Positions 23,001 to 32,283 of a stretch of DNA of 64,000 nucleotides are shown piece after piece. Positions within the stretch are counted from its first letter, which is position 1; the number at the start of each line of letters is the position of its first letter. The position numbers and the translations under genes were made by a program. The notes below the pieces were generated by a model. The model did not search any database, was not told the origin of the DNA, and saw only the letters and a list, made by a program, of their open reading frames with translations. The DNA comes from Vicinamibacteria bacterium. GTDB taxonomy: Bacteria; Acidobacteriota; Vicinamibacteria; Marinacidobacterales; Marinacidobacteraceae. The stretch spans positions 2,328,422 to 2,392,421 of the forward strand of contig OZ220470.1 of NCBI GenBank assembly GCA_965115855.1, read 5' to 3'.

Positions 23001-24665
23001 GTCGCCGTGTCGCCGCTTTCCGCCGTCACCGTGTACTTGAACGACGCCTCCGACGAGGGCGCAGGAGAAGCCGTCACCGTGAACGTGAACGTCCCGCCCT
23101 CCGCCGCCGTCACGTCCCCGATGCTCAGCGAGGTCGGGACGTTCTTCAGCGTGCCGTCCGCCGTGCGGTCGGCCCCCCGCACATAGCCGGTCCCGTTGCG
23201 CAGGGTGATCCGGTAGGCCTCCGCGCCTTCCACCGTCGAGTCGAGGATCGTCGGGATCGTCACCGTCCCGGTCGTGCTCGCGGTGCTGCCGAAACTTGCG
23301 GTGAAGTTCCTCGGACCGAGCGAACCCCGTATGTCCGCCGCAGTGAAACCGTTCGAACTCCGCGCCGCCAGCCGCAGACGCACCTTCAGGTCTCCGGTCA
23401 GCGCCTTGTCCGACGTGACCGTCAGGCTGATCGCCGTCCCCTCGGTCACCGCCGCCGGATCATTCAGAAGCTGCAGGACCGGCGTCGTGTCGGTCACCGT
23501 CACGTCCACATCGTCGATACCGAGCTCGTTGCCGTAGTCGGCGTCGGAGCTCGCCGACGAATGCGTCAAGGTCGCCGTGTCGTCCTCCGCGTCCGCGTCC
23601 GTCCCCGCGTTCACCGTGATCGTCTGCGCCGTGTCCCAGTTGGATGTCGTGAAGGTCAGCGGCGAACCCGCCACCGTTACATCGCCCGACGCGCCGCCCA
23701 CCGTCACGGTCACGCTCGCCGAGGGTCTCCTGTTCAGCTTCACCGTATAGGTGTTGCTGCTCCCCTCTTCAACCGTCAGCGACGACGGCGAGATAGTCAC
23801 CCCGGCGGGAGGGTTCGGTGTCGCCGTCACCTCGTTGGACATGGGAGCAAGGATGGCGGTCGGGACACCCGGAGGGGGGGTGGTCGTGCGCCCGACCTGG
23901 AAGCTGTACGCGGTACCGTTGGTCAGACCCGTCACCGTGTGGGTTCGTTTTGTCTTCCCGCCGGGAATGTCGTACATGCTGCCGCTGCCCCCTCCGGCGC
24001 CTTTCTTCTGAAGGTACACCCAGGAGAGGAAGAACTCCGGGTCCGCATATGTCCAGTCAAGTCTCACCCGTCCGTCACCCGGCGTGGCGGAAAGGACGAT
24101 GGCGCTGGCCATCGGCGTCACGGTGACTGCATCCGAGACCACTCCGTAACCGACGTTGTTCACCGCGCGGATCTTGAAACTGTACGTTCTGCCGTTCCTC
24201 AGACCCGTCACCCGGTAACTCTCCGTCGTTGCGCTGGCCCCGGTCATGGTGATCCACGACCCGTAGCGCCCCGTGCCCGACTTCTGCCGGTAATCCCATC
24301 CGGTAATGCTGGGATCACTTGGAATCGCCCACGTCAACAATACGCTTCCAGAGCCCGGAGTGGCGCTGACTCTCGTTGGCTTGACAGGTACTTGCGCTTG
24401 CTGTCCGATGATACCGGCATCCCTCTGGTTGGTCCGAGCCAACCCGGCGGCGTTCCGTGCCCCCGCATCCGGCGCAAGGACGACGGCCAGCGAGATCGTA
24501 GTGAGTGCCGCGACTCGGCGGCGAGCGTTTCTTCTACCGGGCGCCCTCAGCCCCGCGTCTGGATTTCGGGGGGGGGGGGGGGGGTAGAGAGTCGCGTTGC
24601 GCCGGACCGAAACCAGCGGGGCCCAACACCCGCGTCACGCGCTGCGGCCTTGCTGTCACTTCCAT
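20033..24665 (-). CDS. large autotransporter (type Va) adhesin-like protein
   Basis: Built from FN3 domains, five ~100-aa passenger repeats and a C-terminal beta-barrel. The C-terminal ~300 aa match autotransporter beta-domain architecture and end in ...LALQGALGW. Passenger: 2 FN3 domains, then five repeats with signature NWDTxQTVTVxAxxDADxxDDTATLTH. A signal-peptide-like region RRRVAALTTISLAVVLAPDAGA lies upstream of the first annotated codon. The proposed true start is ATG 24665 with SD AGGAG 7 nt upstream, but it is out of frame at the current 17-nt homopolymer. Confidence 0.7.
24568..24584. repeat. G17 homopolymer (C17 on the coding strand) in the autotransporter leader
   Basis: Direct count of 17 consecutive G. 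The upstream ATG frame and the signal-peptide frame differ by 1 nt across the tract. Confidence 0.9.
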
Positions 24666-25159
24666 CACGAACTCCTGCGAATGGCCGAATAAAGGAGCAG
24701 GAACACTCCATCGGGGTTGGTGAACCACCCCAGGGGAATCACCGGTTTATGTAAAGGGGATTGTTTCCGAATCAGGAGTCGCAAATCAAGTGCGTGTATG
24801 AGCCCACGGGATATCCCGGTCGTTCACGACGAAAGGGGCCTCAACTCAATTTCGAGTGGATACGGGCGGGAAGCCCGTCGGGGGGCCGGGTGTCAAGGGC
24901 GGGCGTAGCCCGGCGGAGTGGACCCTTGACGCACGGACCCACGAGGGGCATGCTTGGTTCGGGTCGAAGGCAGCAGAATGCTGTTTTCGGCCCATCACTG
25001 CCTGGGAAACTCCTCATGGAGAACCAGATATTCGGAACCGCGCTCGGCTTGACGGGACTTTGGTTCGTCGAGGTTCCTCCCGCACCGTTTTCTTCCTCAT
25101 CTCCGGGAAATTCGACTTCCCAAGCTCAGCACCCATTTCGCCTAACCCACTCGAAATTC

Positions 25160-26598
25160 GGCTCTATTGAATTTCGAGTGGGTTATGCGAGGTGAGGGTT
25201 GAGCTTGGAGAAGTCGAGTTTTCCGGCGATAAGAAAGAAAACGGTGCGGATGGTGCGGAAGGAACGATACCCCCTGGCTTTCCGCTTGGCGGATTGGAAG
25301 AGGCCATTGAGGGCTTCTATGAACCCGTTGGTCTGGCGGGTTCGGGCCCACGCGGTGATGCCGTCGAAGTGTCTTCGGATCATCCGGGCGACGGCTTTCA
25401 TGGGTTCGATCCGGGATCGATTCACGTTGGTGCACCACTGCTGGAGCATGGCCCGCATGACATGGACTTGCTTGCGGTGGAGGATGGCACGGAGTTGCTC
25501 CCGGTACCGCCAAGCTCGAGTGGTGCGCTTCCCAGCGGTCTGTGCGATCAGCGCGTTGAGTGCGGCGCGTTGGTTACGGCTGAGGTGTGTCGGATTCTTG
25601 AGCAAGGTCCAGCGCATGCCCTTGATCCCCGGATCGACCCGCTGCTCGATGCGTCTGGTTTCGTCGAGGGCACTCGAGGCGTGGGCGACGACATGGAACT
25701 TGTCGAAAGTGATTTGGGCATGGGGCAAATGCTTCGCAACCCCCTTGATGAAAGCAGGGGACATGTCGATCGAGACGAACCGGATCGCTTCGGGAGCGCC
25801 ACCCTGTACCGCCAAGTTCCGGGCGAATTGTCCGACCGTGTCGGCCCCCCGGCCCTCCCCGACAAACAGCACCCGGCGCTTGCGGGCGTCGGCGGCAACG
25901 GTGACATAGGCGTGCCCCCGGGCCCGGGAGGTCTCGTCGATTGCGACGGCGCGAACGTCGCCCTGGTCGTCCTCCGCGGAGGCGAGTTCCACGTATTGGT
26001 TGCAGATGGTCTGAACCCGGTGTGGAGAAATCTTGTTCAACCGTGCGACCGCGGCGAAGGGCATTTCCCGACTCATGACGATCACCAACGCTTCGAAGAG
26101 CGCAGTGAACCCGGAGACCTGACCCGTCCAGGGCGTGGTGACCAGCGCGATCCGTCCGTCGGGCAGACGGACTCTCGGAACCCTCGCTACCACTTCGCAT
26201 TCATACTGGAAGAAGTTGAGGTGGCGATAGCGCTTGGTCTTGGTGTCGTGGATGGGGTGTGTACCTTCGTGGTCCTTGTGAGGAAAGCGGGCGCCACGCT
26301 GAAAGTCGATATGGATGATCAGCTTGCGATCACACTCGACAAACTTCACGCTTTCGACGAACCAAGGTTCGATGAGGCCAAGGGCGGTTGCGAAGATGCG
26401 GTGGATATCTGTCATGAGATGCTTCTCCTATGCAGAGATGGGCCGAAAAGCAGCATTCTGCCGCTTTTCGAGCCCGAACCAAGCATGCCCGTCGCGGGTC
26501 CGTGCGTCAAGGGTTCGCTCCGCCGGGCTACGCCCGCCCTTGACACCCGGCCCCCCGACGGGCTTCCCGCCCGTACCCACTCGAAATTGAGTTGAGGC
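25160..26598 (-). mobile_element. ISL3-family insertion sequence, copy 1 (1439 bp)
   Basis: Identical to the copy at 56000..57438. Imperfect ~24-bp terminal IRs (GGCTCTATTGAATTTCGAGTGGGT / GCCTCAACTCAATTTCGAGTGGGT). 8-bp TSD cgaaattc at 25152-25159 and 26599-26606. Confidence 0.85.
25183..26415 (-). CDS. ISL3-family transposase
   Basis: 410 aa, identical to the ORF at 56023..57255. Its conserved blocks match the ISL3 (IS1001/IS1096/IS1165-type) family. Confidence 0.85.
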   Translation of the reverse strand: MTDIHRIFATALGLIEPWFVESVKFVECDRKLIIHIDFQRGARFPHKDHEGTHPIHDTKTKRYRHLNFFQYECEVVARVPRVRLPDGRIALVTTPWTGQVSGFTALFEALVIVMSREMPFAAVARLNKISPHRVQTICNQYVELASAEDDQGDVRAVAIDETSRARGHAYVTVAADARKRRVLFVGEGRGADTVGQFARNLAVQGGAPEAIRFVSIDMSPAFIKGVAKHLPHAQITFDKFHVVAHASSALDETRRIEQRVDPGIKGMRWTLLKNPTHLSRNQRAALNALIAQTAGKRTTRAWRYREQLRAILHRKQVHVMRAMLQQWCTNVNRSRIEPMKAVARMIRRHFDGITAWARTRQTNGFIEALNGLFQSAKRKARGYRSFRTIRTVFFLIAGKLDFSKLNPHLA

Positions 26599-26624
26599 CG
26601 AAATTCAATAGAGCCCGAAAGGGG

Positions 26625-27130
26625 AACCCATGAAGACGCGCTCGAGGGAGCGGCATCTGGCCGCATCTCGGTATCCGGCGCGGAGACAACGGCCAGCGTG
26701 ATGGTGGCGCGTGCCGCGTTCCGGCGGTTCTCCTGCTGGGCGACCTCAACCCCATGTCTGGATTTCGGGGGGAGATATGCGTTCACGCGGTACGGGGAAC
26801 CATGTCGCTGCGCAGCCGGTTGTCATGACGGTGAATTTCCCGGATCGGCAGGCAGGAAGCGCGGATGCTCATTTGAGTAACGCCTCGGAGGGTAACACCG
26901 ACAAAGCGAAGCATGTTCTCCTGGTCAGCTTCATCGTGTCATGTCCCGCTCGCTCCCTCGTCCACCGCAAGTTCGGCCAGAGTGATCGTCACCGTGATCG
27001 TCGCGCTGGTCGCTTGTCTTGCGCAGCGATGCTACCCCCGGTCGCCGTCGCAACCGCCGTGAAGTCCGTGCCCTCGGTCGCCGATGGTCAGCAAAGTCGT
27101 ATCGTCGTTCAGACCGACGCACCACATCGC
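26625..27130 (-). pseudogene. decayed paralog of the autotransporter 5' module (leader with C6 tract plus passenger-like fragment)
   Basis: 26672-26790 is homologous to 24462-24600 and includes gtctggatttcgggggg. The ORF from GTG 26786 reads MNAYLPPKSRHGVEVAQQENRRNAARATITLAVVSAPD... straight through the C6 tract. 26800-27130 resembles passenger repeat DNA (accgccgtgaagtccgtgccc...) but is frame-broken. Confidence 0.35.
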
Positions 27131-27214
27131 TCCCGGGCGCGGGATCAGGGGCGCGAAGCGCACATCCCCGATCAGAACGCCACTGTGCGGTTCCTTCACC
27201 ATCCGACAGCAGGT

Positions 27215-28576
27215 TCACGCGCGGACCGCGCGTATCCGTTCGACGGTGCGTCGGAGCGCCGGCGTCACTCCCTCGCGGCGGGCAAGACCGCGCAGATCCC
27301 ATTCGGCGACCGTTCGCATGTCCATCCGCATCCGGCCGGAGAGCGAATCGAAGACCTGCTCGTAGCCGGCGCGGGCGCCTTCCTCGTCCCCCGCGGCCAG
27401 CCGCGCGATGGCGAGCAGCAATCCCTGCCGGGCCGAGCGGGACGGATCCTGCGAACGGGCCTGCTCGAAGAGCGTCACGGCTTCCTGGTGGCGCCCCCTC
27501 AGGAACACCGCGTAGGCCAGGTTGTACCTGCCGAACACGAAATCGGGGGCGAGTTCCAGAGCCCGCCGGAATGCCGCCTCGGCCTCCGGAAGCCGCCCCA
27601 GATCGCGCAGGGTGACCCCGAGGTTGGAAACGAAGCTGTGGTTGAGCGGATCCAGCGCCGAAGCCCGCTCGAGGGGTTCCAGCGCTTCGGCGGTCCGCTC
27701 CAGTTCCCCGAGGGCCGCCCCCGCATTGGCCCAGGCAGAGGCGAACTCGGGCAAGGCCCGCGCGGCCCGCCAGAACGCATCCAGCGCCCCCTCGAGATCG
27801 TCGAGCCGGATCAGTGTCTTGCCGAGTTCGAAATGAGCCGCCGCGAACTCGGGGTCGAGGTCCGCCGCCCGGCGGAAGGCCTCCGCCGCCCGGGCCGGTT
27901 CGCGGCGTTCCGCATGGGCGCAACCGGCGAGAAGCTGGCCGACCGCGTTGTCCGGCTCTTCCCGGGCCGCGCGGAGGGAGGCTTCGGTCCGGATCCCGGG
28001 TTTCGGGGCGTGGAGGCCGATACGGCGAAGCGCCTCCGGCGTCCGGGCCGCCTCGAGGTCCCCGGCGTCGGGTCCCGAAACCGCCGGCGGGGCCGCCGGG
28101 GCCCCGGGCGGCCGTCGCACTTCGAAATGACAGGCGGCGCCGCGGCCGCCGAGTATCTCGCCCGCCCGGAGCAGAAGTTCGCCCTCGTCGGCGGTGGCGA
28201 GCAGGTTCCGCTGTCCGACGCCGAGGTGCTGGAGGCGGGCAAGGAGATAGGACGGAGTTGCGATCACCGCGACCGGGGGCGCTCCCCGGGCGGCCACCCG
28301 ACAGGGGAAGGCCCGGTGCACCTCGGGAAGCCAGACCGTGCCGGCGTCCTCGGGGATCGTTGGCAGCCGATGAAGATCGAGAGCCAGATCCTCCGTGGTC
28401 GGCGGCGTCACCGCGTCCCCGGCCGGCGGAGCGGCGCCGGCGGTTCCGAGGGTCAGCTCCCAGCGCTTGCCTCCCGGGATCGGCCGGTGCGCCGGCCAGC
28501 CGCCGCCCGTGTCCCTTTCCGAGGCTCTTCCGGCCTCCGCGACCGGAATCTCCACCGGAATCCACTCCCGTGCCAT
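27215..28576 (-). CDS. TPR repeat-containing protein
   Basis: C-terminal ~250 aa are tandem TPRs. ATG 28576 was chosen because the upstream extension of the ORF overlaps the convergent gene 28627..29287. Confidence 0.65.
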   Translation of the reverse strand: MAREWIPVEIPVAEAGRASERDTGGGWPAHRPIPGGKRWELTLGTAGAAPPAGDAVTPPTTEDLALDLHRLPTIPEDAGTVWLPEVHRAFPCRVAARGAPPVAVIATPSYLLARLQHLGVGQRNLLATADEGELLLRAGEILGGRGAACHFEVRRPPGAPAAPPAVSGPDAGDLEAARTPEALRRIGLHAPKPGIRTEASLRAAREEPDNAVGQLLAGCAHAERREPARAAEAFRRAADLDPEFAAAHFELGKTLIRLDDLEGALDAFWRAARALPEFASAWANAGAALGELERTAEALEPLERASALDPLNHSFVSNLGVTLRDLGRLPEAEAAFRRALELAPDFVFGRYNLAYAVFLRGRHQEAVTLFEQARSQDPSRSARQGLLLAIARLAAGDEEGARAGYEQVFDSLSGRMRMDMRTVAEWDLRGLARREGVTPALRRTVERIRAVRA

Positions 28577-28626
28577 CCAACGGATTATGAACGACCGGTT
28601 CGCCCCCGTATCCTTCGACCGTACCC

Positions 28627-29287
28627 GATGACCAACACGCTGCACCGCTACGGAACAGCCGCCAGCCTTGCCGACGATTACATCGTGTTCGCCATGCCGG
28701 CGCGCGGAATCAATGACGAGGGTTCGGTCGAGAAGCTCCGCCGCTTCACCGAGATCGCGATCCGGCACCGTCCGGTGAACCTCGGCGACGCCACCCGCGG
28801 CGGTATCCATCGCTCGTCGCGGCTGAATCCGCTCGCCCACTGGCGCCGCCGCCGGCGGCTCGAGGCGGAAGCGATCCGTTCCGGGGTCTCGGCGCCGACC
28901 GTGGTCTCCGCGGTCTTCGATACCGAGGAAGCCCTGGTGGCGTTCCTCGTCGACGTGAAGAAGGCGGATCTCGGGATTTCGATCAACATCAGCGGCCTGA
29001 CCGAACGGGCACGGGAACTCGCGCGCCAGGCGGGCATCATCCGCCACAGCGTCGAGTATTCCCTCGGTTTCTTCGGCAACCTGGATCGACTTCCGGACCG
29101 CGCCACCCTCCAGCTTTCGACCATGTGCGGGCACGGCATGCTCTCGTTCGGCTTCGCCCGCAAGATGCTGGACCGGGTGCGGACCGGCCGGCGGAGCCCG
29201 AAGGAGTGCGCGGAGACGATGGCGCGTTTCTGCTCGTGCGGGATCTTCAACATCACCCGCGCTTGCCGGATCCTCCGCGAGGACTGA
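28627..29287 (+). CDS. conserved hypothetical protein (Cys-rich C-terminus)
   Basis: 220 aa ending ...CAETMARFCSCGIFNITRACRIL; no family recognised. 35-nt convergent overlap with the sirtuin gene. Confidence 0.45.
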
Positions 29288-30089
29288 GTTCGGGGTCCGG
29301 CCCGTCCGGGTTCGGGAGTCCGGCGGCGTTCCCCCGGCACACCAGATCGGGAAGGACGGCGCCGATCTCCTCGCGAACCACCGCGTCGGCGAGGCGGTCG
29401 AGGGGCGTCGGTTCCCGGTTCACGATGACGAGCTGCGCCCCCGCGGCCCTGGCCAACCGGGGGATCGAGGCCGCAGGCTCCACCACGAGCGAGGATCCGA
29501 CCGCCAACAGCAGGTCGCAGCGCTCGGCGGCCCGCTGCGCGTCGGCGAGCACGTCGAAGGGCAGCATCTGCCCGAACGAAATCGTCGCCGGTTTCAGGAG
29601 TCCCCCGCAGGCGCGGCAGCGTGGCGCCCCTTCCCCGCCAGCCACCCGCCGGGCGGCCTCGTCCATCGGGATCCGCCCGCCGCAGTCGAGGCACGCCGCT
29701 TCCACCGTCGTCCCGTGCAGCTCCAGGACGGCGGCATCCGGGATTCCCGAACGCTGGTGCAGTCCGTCGATGTTCTGCGTGATCATGGCGATCAGCCGAC
29801 CCTGACGGTGCAGGGTGGCGAAGGCCTCATGCCCCGCATTCGGCTGCGCATCCCGCATCGCCGGCCATGCCGCCACCTTCTGGCGCCAGTACTCCTCCCG
29901 GTCCGCTTCGTTCGCGAGGAACTCCTGGAGGGTCACCGTCCGGTTCCGCGCCCAGATCCCGTCCGGGCTTCGGAAATCCGGGATTCCCGATTCGGTCGAG
30001 ATCCCGGCGCCGGTGAACCCGGCGATCCGATCCGCTCTGGCGACCAGCGCCCGCGCCGTTCGTCCGGTTTCGACTCCCGTGCCGACCAC
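29253..30089 (-). CDS. cobB: NAD-dependent protein deacylase (sirtuin, CobB/Sir2)
   Basis: Sir2 motifs GAGIS(T)ESGIPDFR, QNIDGLH, and Zn ribbon CxxC...CxxC. Confidence 0.85.
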   Translation of the reverse strand: MVGTGVETGRTARALVARADRIAGFTGAGISTESGIPDFRSPDGIWARNRTVTLQEFLANEADREEYWRQKVAAWPAMRDAQPNAGHEAFATLHRQGRLIAMITQNIDGLHQRSGIPDAAVLELHGTTVEAACLDCGGRIPMDEAARRVAGGEGAPRCRACGGLLKPATISFGQMLPFDVLADAQRAAERCDLLLAVGSSLVVEPAASIPRLARAAGAQLVIVNREPTPLDRLADAVVREEIGAVLPDLVCRGNAAGLPNPDGPDPELSPRGGSGKRG

Positions 30090-30094
30090 CCGGC

Positions 30095-30889
30095 TCAGTC
30101 GGCGCGTCCGAGGCCCAGATTCGTCTTTCCCCGGATGGGAACATGGCCCCGGGCCGCCAGCAGTGTGCCGAGATCATCCTGCCCGTCCGGTCCGCAGCGG
30201 GTCGCGGCGCCCACCGAGATGATCGTTTCCGATGTGCGGGCAGCCTCCTCCACTGCGGCGAGAACCTCCGGAACCCGAGACATGTCGATCTTGATCTCCA
30301 CGATCGCGGAGAGCACCCGTTCGCCGAGAAGATCCTCCCGAATGGCGCCGGTGGCGGGGTCGGGCATGAGGGCGGTGACCGGATTCCGCTTTTCGAACCG
30401 GACGCCGAGGGACGCCAGCCGCCGGGTTACACCGTCCATGTCGGCGAAGGTGGCCGAGACTCCCGGCCTGCCGAACTCCACCGTCATGCCGCATTCGCCG
30501 ACGGACACCCGCCCGGTCACATCGTTGGTCTTGACTTCCTCGGTGCCGCGGCCGTGCACCCCGGTGGCCTCGTGGGAGACCAGCGGATCGCTGAAGGCCC
30601 GGCGGACGATACGCGGCCAGGCGAGGTCGTCGGGTTCAATTGCCGAAGTCGGGCAGACGTCCGGCGCCGGGTCGAAGCGCAGCCGCAACCAGCCGAGCAC
30701 CCGGCGGAGACCGCGGATCAGACGCGGATTCAGGTTCTCGGTGCTGAGGTTGCGGTAGCAGGTGTAACACTCGACGCACTGGTCGCTGTTCACGAACGCC
30801 CGCCCGTCGTCCCCGATGCGGATCGCCGAGACCGGACAGACTGCGACGCAGTTGCCGCAGCCCACGCAACGCTCCCGGGAAATGCGCAT
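30095..30889 (-). CDS. 4Fe-4S ferredoxin-domain protein with C-terminal uncharacterised domain
   Basis: N-terminal CxxCxxCxxxCP and CxxCxxC...CP cluster motifs; ~190 aa domain of unknown function follows. Confidence 0.65.
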   Translation of the reverse strand: MRISRERCVGCGNCVAVCPVSAIRIGDDGRAFVNSDQCVECYTCYRNLSTENLNPRLIRGLRRVLGWLRLRFDPAPDVCPTSAIEPDDLAWPRIVRRAFSDPLVSHEATGVHGRGTEEVKTNDVTGRVSVGECGMTVEFGRPGVSATFADMDGVTRRLASLGVRFEKRNPVTALMPDPATGAIREDLLGERVLSAIVEIKIDMSRVPEVLAAVEEAARTSETIISVGAATRCGPDGQDDLGTLLAARGHVPIRGKTNLGLGRAD

Positions 30890-30891
30890 CC

Positions 30892-32226
<1,335 letters not shown>

Positions 32227-32283
32227 TCGGGTGTGAAGTCTACGGGAAGGAACGAGGCCGGGGCTGCAGGTTATTCTCACCGG

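Larger units (their letters stand above)
24838..26615 (+). mobile_element. internally deleted ISL3-family relic (about 340 bp of own sequence) carrying a nested full ISL3 copy
   Basis: Relic has an IRL-like end at 24838, a transposase N-term fragment (MENQIFGTALGLTGLWFVEV) and a C-term stub. Its IRR is split by the full copy (25152-25159 then 26599-26615). Relic TSD is cgaaaggg at 24830-24837 and 26616-26623. Confidence 0.7.

Noticed and set aside
20231-24754. + strand ORFs (345, 338, 397 aa and others) across the autotransporter locus
   Set aside because: Antisense translations of the repeat-rich passenger. Their periodicity just mirrors the coding-strand repeats.
26868-26932. Short minus-strand ORF MKLTRRTCFALSVLPSEALLK downstream of the C6 leader paralog
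   Set aside because: 21 aa, no SD, lies in decayed pseudogene context; probably chance.
26931-28580. 549-aa minus-strand ORF across the TPR gene region
   Set aside because: Alternative frame of the TPR gene, Arg/Gly/Pro-dominated; the TPR frame has clear repeat structure.
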